NCBI GenBank assembly: GCA_009843735.1
Contig: VYCW01000089.1
Location: 5,598 to 69,597, forward strand
Reading direction: 5' to 3'
Origin: Acidimicrobiaceae bacterium
GTDB taxonomy: Bacteria; Actinomycetota; Acidimicrobiia; Acidimicrobiales; Aldehydirespiratoraceae
DNA length: 64,000 nucleotides
The translations under genes were made by a program, and so were the position numbers. How positions within the stretch are numbered: position 1 is the first letter of the stretch; each line of letters opens with the position of its first letter. This document shows, piece after piece, positions 28,424 through 38,190 of the stretch. Under the pieces are notes generated by a model. The model saw only the letters and a program-made list of their open reading frames with translations. It was not told the DNA's origin and did no database searches.

Positions 28424-28497
28424 CGGGCAGTGGCGCAGCTTGGTAGCGCGCCTCGTTCGGGACGAGGAGGTCGTGGGTTCAAATCCCGCCTGCCCGA
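28424..28497 (+). tRNA. tRNA-Pro(CGG)
   Basis: Acceptor cgggcag/ctgcccg; D-loop agcttggta; anticodon arm cctcg-ttCGGga-cgagg; T-loop ttcaaat; CCA not encoded. Confidence 0.97.
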
Positions 28498-28546
28498 CAG
28501 ATTCTCTTGTCGATGCGGCGAGCTCAGCGGTGCTCGAAGGGGTTGG

Positions 28547-29272
28547 CTAGGTGTCCGTGTTCCCGGCGGCGGACATGAAGTTGCGGTAGAGCTGCTGGGC
28601 GTCGGACACGAAGCCTTCCATGTGGCGGTCGGCGTCGGCGGCCAGCGCGTCGACAGAGTCCTCGCCTAGCACCGACTCCAGTGCCTGGCGGTAGGCGGGA
28701 ATCTCGCCCCAGTTGTGGACGGTGTCGTCCTCGACCTCCACGTGGTACTGCATCGACCAGGCGCACGGCCCTACCCGCATGGCCTGCACCCGGCACACCG
28801 GTGAGCTGGCCAGCACCACCGCGTCCTCCGGCGGCTGGGCCACGCACACCGAGTGCCACTGCAACGCGTGCTGCTGCTCGGCCATCCGGTCGAAGATCGG
28901 GTCGGACCGGCCCTCGGGGGTCAGCTCCACACCCAGCACCCCGATCTCGGGCGGGCGCTGCGGGCCGCAGGTCCCGCCCAGGGCGTCGGCCAGCAGCTGG
29001 TGGCCCAGGCACACCCCCAGGAACGGCTTCTGCAACTCGCGCACCCAGTGGCGGATGGCCCGCTTCTCCGGCACCAGCCACGGGTGCTCCTCCACGTCCC
29101 ACACGTCCATCGGGCCGCCCATCACCCACATGGCGTCGAAGTCCTCCAGCGGCGGGATGGGCTCGCCCTCGTCGAGCTCCACCGCGGTCCACTCGATGCC
29201 GTCGTCTGCCAGGAAGTCCCGCAGCCGTCCGGGATGCTCGCAGTCGATGTGCTGAAGCACTAGCAGGCGCAT
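28547..29272 (-). CDS. Type 1 glutamine amidotransferase
   Basis: MGGPM, GVCLGHQ and QYHVE triad. Confidence 0.9.
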   Translation of the reverse strand: MRLLVLQHIDCEHPGRLRDFLADDGIEWTAVELDEGEPIPPLEDFDAMWVMGGPMDVWDVEEHPWLVPEKRAIRHWVRELQKPFLGVCLGHQLLADALGGTCGPQRPPEIGVLGVELTPEGRSDPIFDRMAEQQHALQWHSVCVAQPPEDAVVLASSPVCRVQAMRVGPCAWSMQYHVEVEDDTVHNWGEIPAYRQALESVLGEDSVDALAADADRHMEGFVSDAQQLYRNFMSAAGNTDT

Positions 29273-29360
29273 ACGGCGACGCTACACCGGCCGCCCACCC
29301 GCCCCCCTGATCGGGCAGTAGCCTCCATCGGCAACACTCAAGCCGACGGGAGACGGCCGC

Positions 29361-29693
29361 GTGAGGGAGCTGCTACTCGAAGGTCGGGTGTCCTGGCGCT
29401 CGGAGCGATCGGGCCAGGACAGGACACTGTCGATCGGGCCGGCGAGGATCTTCGGTCTGCGCCGGCTTATCGCGGCACTCGGCTTCGCCGCGGTGGCCGC
29501 CGGAATGGTCGCACTCCTGGCGCTGGCGGCCGGTGCGGTGGCCGCGGGTCTCGGCGCCCGCTGGGCCGAGAGACGCCGCGAGCAGGGACTGGACGATCCC
29601 ATAGCCGTCGTCCAGCAACGGGTCCATGAGGCCAGGGAGTGGATCGACGCCCGCCGCTCATCCCAGAACAACGCTCCGGGGAGCGACTTCTAA
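29361..29693 (+). CDS. Hypothetical membrane protein
   Basis: Hydrophobic stretch; fills the gap between flanking minus-strand genes; start uncertain. Confidence 0.4.
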   Translation: MRELLLEGRVSWRSERSGQDRTLSIGPARIFGLRRLIAALGFAAVAAGMVALLALAAGAVAAGLGARWAERRREQGLDDPIAVVQQRVHEAREWIDARRSSQNNAPGSDF

Positions 29694-29699
29694 CGCGGC

Positions 29700-30362
29700 T
29701 CAGCCCTCGAGCGCCGGAACAGTCTCCACCCGGTAGCTCAACTCGACCGGCTCGAGGCCAGGGCCGGACAGCTCGGCGCTGAAGCCAGCGCTGGGACGGA
29801 TGCCGCCGATAACGGGCACCGTGCCGGTGAAGGCCGCGAAGCAGCCGGGCCTGGGCCCGGCCCAAGGTATGGCGGCCACCAGCTCCAACGGGGGCAGGTT
29901 GCCGGCCGCGGAGCCGTCCTGGTACACCACGCCGCCGTCGATACGGCTACGCAGCGTCAGATCCTCCCAGCGGTCCCCCACCGCCGCGGCCGGCCAGCCC
30001 GACGTGGCCACCGGCTTGGGGCACACCGCCTTGGAGGCGGCGATGTCGACGGACTCCAGTACCCGGTCGGTGTGGTCGGAGCCGAGCGTCACGAAGGCCT
30101 CGTCGCCGTCTACCACCACCACGATCTCGGCCTCGCCCGAACTCTGGGAACCGGCCACCGCGATCGACGGCGCCTGTGAGATCAGCCAGGGCGGGAACAC
30201 CATGAACAGCGGGATGCTCACCGGTCGGGGAACCCCCAGCTCGGCCAGCTCGTCGATGTGGTGCTCGACCGCGGCCCGGTCCCGGCCGGCGTAGCCGATC
30301 ACCACCAGCACCTCGGGCGCGAACACCCGCTCGGCGCCGTCGATGGACAGCCTCACCGCCAA
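29700..30362 (-). CDS. DUF2848 family protein (FAH-fold related)
   Basis: GYAGRD...HIDEL, SSGEAE, GSDHTDR and SK..CPKP motifs. Confidence 0.85.
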   Translation of the reverse strand: MAVRLSIDGAERVFAPEVLVVIGYAGRDRAAVEHHIDELAELGVPRPVSIPLFMVFPPWLISQAPSIAVAGSQSSGEAEIVVVVDGDEAFVTLGSDHTDRVLESVDIAASKAVCPKPVATSGWPAAAVGDRWEDLTLRSRIDGGVVYQDGSAAGNLPPLELVAAIPWAGPRPGCFAAFTGTVPVIGGIRPSAGFSAELSGPGLEPVELSYRVETVPALEG

Positions 30363-30389
30363 GCCCCCAAGTCAGCCCAGCGCGACCGG

Positions 30390-30746
30390 CTAGGGGTTGT
30401 AGCCGCCGGTGCGGAACTCCACCATCAGCACGCCCGCCTCGCTTCGCCACGGGCCATGGGGCATGCCCGGCGGGCGGCAGGCGTACATGCCGGCGGTGAA
30501 CGTCTCGCCCAAGCGCAGGTCGGTGAGGTCGCCCTGCACGATGTACACCTCCTCCCAGAAGTGATGGGTGAGCACCCCGTTGGGCGACGAGTCCACCCCC
30601 GGCGCGAAGCGCATCAGCCGGGTGTAGGCCCCGTCGGGCCGGCCGGCGGTGGACAGGATCATCTCGTCGATGCCCTCCACCGGGCCGCCCGCGGGGCGCC
30701 ACGGCCCATCGGGAATGTGGAACTCCAGCTCAGGTTTCTCGGCCAT
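30390..30746 (-). CDS. Cupin (ChrR-like/DUF4437) protein
   Basis: HHFWEEVYIVQG and ACRPPGMPHGP motifs. Confidence 0.8.
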   Translation of the reverse strand: MAEKPELEFHIPDGPWRPAGGPVEGIDEMILSTAGRPDGAYTRLMRFAPGVDSSPNGVLTHHFWEEVYIVQGDLTDLRLGETFTAGMYACRPPGMPHGPWRSEAGVLMVEFRTGGYNP

Positions 30747-30752
30747 GGGCGA

Positions 30753-32006
30753 TCACCCCAATTCGTAGACCTTCGGCTCTAGGCGGTGGTTGATGTTGCG
30801 GGCGCCGTCGGCGGTGATCACGTAGGAGTCGCCCATGAACACGCCCTTGATGATGTCGGTGGTGCACGGGTGGATCTCCACGCACAGCGCCATGTTGGGC
30901 TCCAGCACCACGTCCTTGTCGGGCCGGTGCGACGTGCCCACGAACGGCCCGGCGTCGATCGGGTTGAACACGCCGTGCACCAGCGGCGCCACGATGGTGT
31001 AGCCCCGCTCGGTGATGATGCTGCCCGCGGCCCGCAGCTCCTTGGCGGTGCATCCGGGCTTGAGCTCGGCCACCACCCGGTGGTAGGCCTCCAGCATCAC
31101 GTCCAGCAGGTCGGCGTAGTCGGGCGGCGGCTCGGAGAACACCATCGCCTTGCCCGTCTGGGCCTCGTAGCCGTGCGGGTCGCGGGCCCCGACCTCCATC
31201 AGCAGCACATCGTCGGAGGTGATGGTGCGCCCGATGGGCCGGGGCCGCTGGAAACCGCTGGTGGGGCTGCTCATCGACTCGCTGCCGGCCAGGACCATGC
31301 ACGGGATCTCGCCCCGCTCGGCGGCGATGGTGGAGTAGATGATCCGGAACAGGTCGTGCTCGGTCATGCCGGGGCGGAGCTGCTCCATCACCGCCACCTG
31401 GGTGGCGTCGCCGATGCGGGCCGCCTCCTCCAGGCAGGCGACCTCCTCGTCGGACAGCACCAGCCGCATCTTCCAGAACTCGTCGGAGAACTCCGCGAAC
31501 TCGATCTGCGGGTAGGTCCCCGTGAGGGCGGCCCAGTGGTCCCGCGACACCGACAGGTACGGGGTGGGGTTCACGATGCCCACCCTGCCCCGGTGCAGGC
31601 CCAGCTCGTCGAGCCGGTCCACCAGGATGGTGCGGGTGTTGAGGGCGCCGCGCACGTCGGGGAAGATCGAACGGGTGACCCGGTCGGGCAGGCGGGCGTT
31701 GAGGCCGAGGATGGCCAGGGTCGGCTCGCCCTCGGCGGGAAAGATCACGAAGCTGTCGAGCTCCATGGTCCCCATGTAGTTGGTGATCCACCGCACGTTG
31801 GCCCAGCCGCGGTCCCACAGGTGGGCGGCGCCGGCCACCAGCAGGCAGTCGAGGTCGTGCTCGGCCATGAAGCCCCTCACCAAGTTGTGGCGCCGCTCGA
31901 ACTCGGCTTCGGAGAACGTCGGCCAGTCGTACCAGTCGTGGTTGATCGGGTGGGGGTAGGTGATGGCCCTCGGCCCGAACTTCGGGGCCGACATCACATC
32001 GGTCAT
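30753..32006 (-). CDS. M24 creatinase/Xaa-Pro peptidase-fold hydrolase (atypical ligands)
   Basis: FSEAEFERRH, NVRWITN, LRPGMTE and LEPNMALCVE motifs. Confidence 0.8.
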   Translation of the reverse strand: MTDVMSAPKFGPRAITYPHPINHDWYDWPTFSEAEFERRHNLVRGFMAEHDLDCLLVAGAAHLWDRGWANVRWITNYMGTMELDSFVIFPAEGEPTLAILGLNARLPDRVTRSIFPDVRGALNTRTILVDRLDELGLHRGRVGIVNPTPYLSVSRDHWAALTGTYPQIEFAEFSDEFWKMRLVLSDEEVACLEEAARIGDATQVAVMEQLRPGMTEHDLFRIIYSTIAAERGEIPCMVLAGSESMSSPTSGFQRPRPIGRTITSDDVLLMEVGARDPHGYEAQTGKAMVFSEPPPDYADLLDVMLEAYHRVVAELKPGCTAKELRAAGSIITERGYTIVAPLVHGVFNPIDAGPFVGTSHRPDKDVVLEPNMALCVEIHPCTTDIIKGVFMGDSYVITADGARNINHRLEPKVYELG

Positions 32007-33613
32007 GGAGTCTCCTCTCTCGTGACGGTCACCAGGGCCGCTCCCCGGCGATGGTCGGCCGCACCGAACGTCTCCGAGCGTTGCGGACCCGCCCCGGCGA
32101 TGGTGCAGCTGCCGAACAGATCATTGTCGGAGGCCGCGCCGTCGGCCGCGACCGAGTGGCCGCGCCGGGCCAGCTCCGAGCCCAGGTGGGGCGGGAACCC
32201 GGGCTCCAGGAACAGCAGGTCGTCGGCGTCGGGCAGCCGGGGCGCACCCGACAGCCAGCGGGGCCCGGCGACAGCAGCTTGAGGGTCGGCGCCGTCGTCG
32301 ATGACGGCCCGCAGAACCTGGAAGTTGGTCTGGACCTGGCCCCGGCCGCCGGGGGTGGCTCCCACCAGCCGGCTACCGCGATGGGCTACGTGGTATCCGA
32401 CCAGGGTGTGCAGGGGTCGGCGCGGCCGGTCCGATCCGCCATTCGGGCCGAGGTGGGCGGGCTGCTTGGCCAGCCGGTCGTTGAGCACGATCCCGGTGCC
32501 GGGCACCACCACCCGGGAACCGAACTCGTTGAAGAGGCTGTGGATGAACGTCACCATCAGCCCCCGGCCGTCGACCACCGACAGGCAGGTGGTGTCGGTG
32601 CCGCCGGCCGCACCCGGGGCGGCCGGGGCCCCCACCGTCGCCAGCACCGATCGGCGTTCATCGTCGATGATCGAGCACCATCGGTCGAGGGAGTCCTCGC
32701 CCAGCACCGCGGTCACGTCGGACGCCTCCTGCCACCTGGGCATACCGGCGAGATCGGAGAAGGCGGCGTGCTTGCACCGCACCATCAGGTCGATCCGATC
32801 GGCTTCGCCGTCGATCAGGCGGCCACCGAGCCTCTCGTAGAGCAGCAGCTGCTGGAGCAGCACCCAGCCCATCGACACCGGCGGCGTCACCGACACCTCC
32901 GCCGAGCCGTAGCGGACCGTGATCGGCGCCTCGAAGTCGCAGGAGTGCGCGGCCATGTCGTCGGCGGACAGCAGGCCTCCCAGCCGGTCCAGCGCCGAGA
33001 CCAGGTCCGAGGCCAGCGACCCCGTGTAGAACGCCGGGGGCCCGCCGGCGGAGATCTCTCGCAGCGTGCGAGCCAGGGCCGGCAAGCGGAAACCGTCACC
33101 AGCGGCCGAGCCGTTGCCCTCGCAGAACTCCGCCACGAACGGATCGTCGGGACCGACTGCGGTCCGGACCCGGTCGAGGGCCCGGGCGAAGGCGTCGTCG
33201 AGGGCGAATCCCTCATCGGCGAGCTCGGCCGCGGGCTCGATCAGGGCCGCGAAGGGCCGGGACCCGTGGCGCTCCCACAGTCGCCACCAGGCGTCCACCA
33301 GTCCCGGAACCGAGATCGACAGCGGACCGAAGCGGGGCAGGCGCCCGCCGGGGATCGAGGCGGTGGCCAGGGCGGTGGGCACCGCGCCGGCGCCGTTGAG
33401 TGCCTCCAGCCGGCCCTCGGGGCCCGAGACCAGCGCGAAGGCGTCGCCGCCCAAGCCGCACCACGGCAGCTCTCGCACGCACTGCACCGCCGAGGCGGCT
33501 ATGGCCGCGTCCACCGCGTTGCCGCCCGCCGCCAGCACGGCCGCGCCGACCTCCGCGGCCTCCCGGCAACCGGCGCTGATCACCGCGCCGCCCGAGTTGG
33601 CGCGGTCAGACAA
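32003..33613 (-). CDS. Gamma-glutamyltransferase-family Ntn hydrolase
   Basis: GGNAVDAA, GLGGD, VPG, DTT nucleophile and TPGG. Confidence 0.88.
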   Translation of the reverse strand: MSDRANSGGAVISAGCREAAEVGAAVLAAGGNAVDAAIAASAVQCVRELPWCGLGGDAFALVSGPEGRLEALNGAGAVPTALATASIPGGRLPRFGPLSISVPGLVDAWWRLWERHGSRPFAALIEPAAELADEGFALDDAFARALDRVRTAVGPDDPFVAEFCEGNGSAAGDGFRLPALARTLREISAGGPPAFYTGSLASDLVSALDRLGGLLSADDMAAHSCDFEAPITVRYGSAEVSVTPPVSMGWVLLQQLLLYERLGGRLIDGEADRIDLMVRCKHAAFSDLAGMPRWQEASDVTAVLGEDSLDRWCSIIDDERRSVLATVGAPAAPGAAGGTDTTCLSVVDGRGLMVTFIHSLFNEFGSRVVVPGTGIVLNDRLAKQPAHLGPNGGSDRPRRPLHTLVGYHVAHRGSRLVGATPGGRGQVQTNFQVLRAVIDDGADPQAAVAGPRWLSGAPRLPDADDLLFLEPGFPPHLGSELARRGHSVAADGAASDNDLFGSCTIAGAGPQRSETFGAADHRRGAALVTVTREETP

Positions 33614-33986
33614 TCGCGACCGCCTCGATCTCGACGAGCATCTCGGGGTTCTTGAGGCGGGCCACGAACAGCGACGAGCGGGCGGGCAGAGGCTCCGGAA
33701 AGTGCTTGACCCACTGCTCGTTGAGGGGCCCCGTCGGGGTGCCCTCCTTGAGGAAGACGGTGGTCTTGACCACGTCGGCCATCGAGGCGCCCGCAGCCTC
33801 GAGGATGGCGGCGATGTTGCGCAGCGCCCAGTCGGCCTGCTCGCCTATGTCGCCCATCTGGCCGGTGTCGCGGTTGCGTCCGGCCTGGCCCGCGGTGAAC
33901 ACGAGGTTCCCGACCCGGATGGCCTGGCTGAAGGGACCGGTAGGCGTGGGGGCCCCGTCAGTGCTCACGGCTGTGCGATCGCTCAT
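33606..33986 (-). CDS. RidA family imine deaminase
   Basis: GPFSQA, VVKTTVFL, PARS and VEIEA motifs. Confidence 0.9.
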   Translation of the reverse strand: MSDRTAVSTDGAPTPTGPFSQAIRVGNLVFTAGQAGRNRDTGQMGDIGEQADWALRNIAAILEAAGASMADVVKTTVFLKEGTPTGPLNEQWVKHFPEPLPARSSLFVARLKNPEMLVEIEAVAIV

Positions 33987-35068
33987 TGTGCTTGCTCCTG
34001 ACTGTTGGAGGACGGTTGGGCCTCGGACCGGGCGGCGATGTCGCGCCAGTGGTGGCACCGCAGCGAATGGAGGCCATCGGCGTGGTCCACCGCCTCCGGC
34101 GGCGGCTCGGTGGCGGCGCACTCGTCGTCGGCGTACGGGCAGCGGGTGCGGTAGCGGCATCCCGACGGCGGGTCGAGGAGGCTGGGCAGTTCTCCGAGAA
34201 CCAGTCGGCGGGCGGTCTGCAGCCGGGCCGCGCTCGCGGCGTCGGCTCGGGGCACCGACGTGATGAGTCCCTGCGTGTAGGGATGGCGGGGCTCGCTGAA
34301 CACCTCGGAGGCTGTGCCCGTCTCCACGATCTGGCCGAGGTACATGACCGCCACCCGGTCGCTGAGATGGCGCACCACCGACAGGTCGTGGGCGATGAAC
34401 AGCATGGCCAGGTCCAGCTCGTCGCGCAGCTCGTCGAGCACGTTGATGATCTGGGCCTGGATGGACACGTCCAGCGCCGACACCGGCTCGTCGCACACCA
34501 GCACCGCGGGATCGGTGACGATGGCCCGGGCGATGCCGACCCGCTGCTGCTGCCCGCCGCTGAGCTCGCTGGGAAGGCGGTCGGCGACCGCAGTGGGCAG
34601 TCCGACCAGCTCCATGGCCTCGGCCACCGCCCGGGCCCGGCTGGTCCGGTCGCCGATGCTGTGGACCCGGAGCGGCTCGCCGATGAGGGTGGACACGCTC
34701 ATGCGGGGGTCGAGGGAGCCGCGGGGGTCCTGGAACACCATCTGGATTCGGTGGCGCATGCGGCGCAGCTCCCGGCGGGGCAGGGTGCCGAGGTCGGTAT
34801 CCTCGAGACGCACCGAGCCCCGCTGCATCGGCACCAGCTGCATGATGGCCCGGGCCAGCGTGGACTTGCCGCACCCGCTCTCCCCGACCAGGCCCAGCGT
34901 CTCTCCCGTGGCCAGATGCAGGGACACACCGTCCACCGCGGTGATGCGCCCACCGTCGGTGTCGAACTCGACCACCACGTCGTTGACCTCAAGCACGCCG
35001 CGCCGCGGGTCGTCGGCACTTGGCGCACCGGTCTCGGAGACCGTGCCCACGACGGCGGCGCCGTTCAC
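33983..35068 (-). CDS. Peptide-type ABC ATP-binding protein (DppF/OppF-like)
   Basis: GESGCGKS, LSGGQQQR, HPYT and GCRYRTRC motifs. Confidence 0.92.
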   Translation of the reverse strand: MNGAAVVGTVSETGAPSADDPRRGVLEVNDVVVEFDTDGGRITAVDGVSLHLATGETLGLVGESGCGKSTLARAIMQLVPMQRGSVRLEDTDLGTLPRRELRRMRHRIQMVFQDPRGSLDPRMSVSTLIGEPLRVHSIGDRTSRARAVAEAMELVGLPTAVADRLPSELSGGQQQRVGIARAIVTDPAVLVCDEPVSALDVSIQAQIINVLDELRDELDLAMLFIAHDLSVVRHLSDRVAVMYLGQIVETGTASEVFSEPRHPYTQGLITSVPRADAASAARLQTARRLVLGELPSLLDPPSGCRYRTRCPYADDECAATEPPPEAVDHADGLHSLRCHHWRDIAARSEAQPSSNSQEQAQ

Positions 35069-36090
35069 CGGTCCCGCTTCCAGGGTCGGCCCGCCTCGAT
35101 CGTGTCCCTGGCCCGCTCAGCCGCCAGCCAGCAGGCGCTGAGATGCTCCGGTCCCACCGCCACCTCGGGCGGGACCTCGGCCCGGCAGCGGTCGAAGGCG
35201 TGGTCGCACCGCGGCGCGAAGGCGCAGGACGAGCCGCCCCCTCCGGTAATGGGCGGCTGGCCCGGGATGGGATGCAGCCGCCCGGTATGGGCGTCCTCGA
35301 AGCGGGGCACCAGGCGCAGGAGCCCCTCGGTGTAGGGATGGTTGGCCCGGTCGAACAGGTGGGCCATCGAGGCCTTCTCCACCAGCTTGCCCGCGTACAT
35401 CACCTGCACGTCCTCGCAGGTGGCCGCCACCACCCCGAAGTCGTGGGTGATGAGCATCAGCGCCATGCCCTCGGAGCGGCGCAGCTCGTCGAGCAGCAGC
35501 AGGATCTCGGCCTGCACGGTCACGTCGAGGGCAGTGGTGGGCTCGTCCGCGATGAGCAGGCGGGGCCGGCAGGCAATAGCCAGCGAGATCATCACCCGCT
35601 GGCGCATGCCGCCGCTGAAGCTGCTGGGCAGCTCGGTGGCCCGCTTCTCGGGATCGGCGATGCCGACCCGGGCCAGGAGCTCGACGGCCTCGGAGGCGGC
35701 CTCGGCCCGGCCCATGCCCCGGTGCAGCCGCAGAGACTCGGCGATCTGCTCGCCCACCGCCATCAGCGGATTGAGCGACGTGAGCGGATCCTGGAAGATC
35801 ATGCCGATCTGCCCGCCGCGCACATGGCGCAGCCTGCGTTCGTCGACGCGGAGCAGGTCGACCCCGTCGAAGTGCACCGATCCGGCGACGCGCACGTCGT
35901 CGGTGATGGCGAACAGGCGCAGCAGGGCCCGCGCGGTGACGCTCTTGCCGCTGCCGCTCTCGCCCACAACGCCCAAGGACGCACCAGGCTCCATGGTGAA
36001 GCTCACACCGTCCACGGCGTGCACCGGTCCCGAGGCTGTGTTGAACGTGACGCGAAGGTCGTCCACCTCCAGCAGGGGCAGGGCGCTCAT
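35065..36090 (-). CDS. Peptide-type ABC ATP-binding protein (DppD/OppD-like)
   Basis: GESGSGKS, FSGGMRQR and ADEPTTALD motifs. Confidence 0.92.
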   Translation of the reverse strand: MSALPLLEVDDLRVTFNTASGPVHAVDGVSFTMEPGASLGVVGESGSGKSVTARALLRLFAITDDVRVAGSVHFDGVDLLRVDERRLRHVRGGQIGMIFQDPLTSLNPLMAVGEQIAESLRLHRGMGRAEAASEAVELLARVGIADPEKRATELPSSFSGGMRQRVMISLAIACRPRLLIADEPTTALDVTVQAEILLLLDELRRSEGMALMLITHDFGVVAATCEDVQVMYAGKLVEKASMAHLFDRANHPYTEGLLRLVPRFEDAHTGRLHPIPGQPPITGGGGSSCAFAPRCDHAFDRCRAEVPPEVAVGPEHLSACWLAAERARDTIEAGRPWKRDR

Positions 36091-36154
36091 GTCGCTGTCC
36101 CTGAGACGGCGCCGCGCCGGACCGCCCCGGCGCGCGGGAGCATGGCCGGGCCGC

Positions 36155-37054
36155 TCACCCCGCGGCTCCTGAGCGGGACTCCCAGTAGCGGCCCAGGAGG
36201 TTGAGCACCAGCACGGTGATGCCCAGCAGCACACCGGGCAGGATCGTGAGCCACCAGGCCACCGCCAGCAGCGGCCGGCCCTCGGAGATCAGGAGTCCCC
36301 AGGTGGTGTCGGGGGGCTGCACCCCCACCCCCAGGAAGCTGAGACCGGCCTCGGAGAGCATCACATGGCCGATCTCCACCACGCACAGCACCAGTATCCG
36401 GGGGGCGACGTTGGGGAGCAGGTGGCGGCCGAGAATGGTTGAGGTGGAGCAGCCGGTGGCGACCGAGGCCTCGATGAACGTCTCCTCCCGCAGCCTCAGC
36501 GCCTCGGCCCGCACGACACGGGCGAAGATGGGCCACACCAGGCACGGCAGCACTACCAGCAGGATTCCCACGCTGGGCCCGAGCAGGCTCAGCAGCAGGA
36601 TGGCCACCAGGAACATCGGCATGGCCGTCTGGGCCTCGCCCAGGCGCATCAGCAGCCGGTCGGTGCGCCCGCCGAAGTAGCCGCCCAGCAGCCCGAACAG
36701 CACGCCTATGGCCGCGCCGATGAGGGTGGCGGTCACCGCGATGAACATGGTGAGCCGGGTGCCGATCACCATCCGGGAGAAGAGGTCCCGGCCCAGGCTG
36801 TCGGTTCCGAGCAGGTGCAGGCCGTCGGGCGAGGACTCTCCCGGCGCCAGCAGGCGGGCCCGCAGGTTCTGGGTCTCATGGTCGTGCGGGGCGAACACGT
36901 CGGGCACGATCGAGGCCGCCACCAGCAGCACCAGGAAGAGCACCAGCAGGATCCAGCCCCGGCTGCCCAGCGCCTCGATGAGGCGGCTCCAGACGCGGTG
37001 CTGCGAGGTGCGGCCCGGATCCGTGCCCGTGCGTTTGGCGACGATGACGCTCAT
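36155..37054 (-). CDS. Peptide-type ABC permease (DppC-like)
   Basis: LGTDSLGRD, EAS loop and LSFLGVG motifs. Confidence 0.9.
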   Translation of the reverse strand: MSVIVAKRTGTDPGRTSQHRVWSRLIEALGSRGWILLVLFLVLLVAASIVPDVFAPHDHETQNLRARLLAPGESSPDGLHLLGTDSLGRDLFSRMVIGTRLTMFIAVTATLIGAAIGVLFGLLGGYFGGRTDRLLMRLGEAQTAMPMFLVAILLLSLLGPSVGILLVVLPCLVWPIFARVVRAEALRLREETFIEASVATGCSTSTILGRHLLPNVAPRILVLCVVEIGHVMLSEAGLSFLGVGVQPPDTTWGLLISEGRPLLAVAWWLTILPGVLLGITVLVLNLLGRYWESRSGAAG

Positions 37055-38094
37055 CAGCTGGCCGCGATCCTGCGGTCGATGAACTGGTAGCCCATATCGA
37101 TGAGCAGGTTGCTGAAGATCACGAACGCCCCCGCGATGATTACCGCCGCCTGAAGCACGAAGAAGTCCTGGCGGTGGGCGGCGTCGATGGTCAGCAGGCC
37201 CACACCCGGCCAGGCGAACACATACTCGATGGCGAACACCGCGCCGCCCCACATCCGCACGTACTCCCATCCGACGATGGTCGCCGTGGTGACCCCGGTG
37301 TTGCGGACCACGTGGCGGCGCAGGATGTTCCACTCGGTGAGGCCCTTGCTGCGGGCCACGGTCACGTACGGCTTGGACATCTCCTCGAACGTCGCCGAGC
37401 GCACAAGCTGGAAGATGCGGCCGCCATGCACGATGCCCAAGGTGAGCGCAGGCATCACGATGCTGGCCGTCTCGAAACGCCCCGAGGTGGGAAGCCAGCC
37501 GAGCTGCACACCGAGCACCAGGATCAGCAGCAGCCCCAGCCAGAAGTTCGGCACCGACAGCGCCGCCACCGACAGCAGGTTCGAGGTCTTGTCAAACGGC
37601 TTGCGCGCTCTGGCACCCGCCACGATGCCGGGCACCACCCCCAGTACCGCGGCCGCGCCCAGGCCGACGACGGTGAGGTAGATCGTGGACGGCAACGCCT
37701 CCTTCACCGCATCGATGGCGGGGCGCTGCTGCCAGGTCGACTCGCCGAAGTCGAGCTGGGCCAGGCCGACCAGGTACTCCCAGTAGCGCTCGGCGACCGG
37801 GCGGTCCAGCCCGAACTGGCGGTGGAGTTCGGCTATGTGCTCGTCGGTGGCGTCGACCGGGGCGAACACCAGCGCCGGGTTCCCGACGACATGGGCCAGG
37901 AAGAAGATCACCGTCACTACGAGCAGCAGCACGATGACGCCGTCGCGCAGCCTCCGCAGCAGCAGGCCGCTCAGCGACCCTCCGGCGACGAGGCGGTCGG
38001 ACGCGGGCCGCAGGTCGCGCAGCCATCGCCGCAGTCCGCCGCGCCGCGGCCGCTGCGACGGCGGCGTGGTCTCCGTCGTCGTCTGCATTCCCAT
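37054..38094 (-). CDS. Peptide-type ABC permease (DppB-like)
   Basis: GLDRP, PNFWLG, ARSKGL and FAWPGVG motifs. Confidence 0.9.
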   Translation of the reverse strand: MGMQTTTETTPPSQRPRRGGLRRWLRDLRPASDRLVAGGSLSGLLLRRLRDGVIVLLLVVTVIFFLAHVVGNPALVFAPVDATDEHIAELHRQFGLDRPVAERYWEYLVGLAQLDFGESTWQQRPAIDAVKEALPSTIYLTVVGLGAAAVLGVVPGIVAGARARKPFDKTSNLLSVAALSVPNFWLGLLLILVLGVQLGWLPTSGRFETASIVMPALTLGIVHGGRIFQLVRSATFEEMSKPYVTVARSKGLTEWNILRRHVVRNTGVTTATIVGWEYVRMWGGAVFAIEYVFAWPGVGLLTIDAAHRQDFFVLQAAVIIAGAFVIFSNLLIDMGYQFIDRRIAAS

Positions 38095-38122
38095 CGATAC
38101 CTATGGACGCTCAGCCCTGCCG

Positions 38123-38156
38123 GGCCCGGCTCGGCCCAAAGCGACCGAGCCGGGCC
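38123..38156 (-). terminator. Intercistronic 12-bp hairpin downstream of the SBP gene (stabiliser or partial terminator)
   Basis: ggcccggctcgg-N10-ccgagccgggcc. Confidence 0.55.
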
Positions 38157-38190
38157 AGCAGGTCAACAGCAAGCCAACCAGCCTGACGTG

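Noticed and set aside
28424-28560. tRNA-Pro as the integration site for the catabolic island
   Set aside because: No integrase and no duplicated tRNA 3' end was found in the window.
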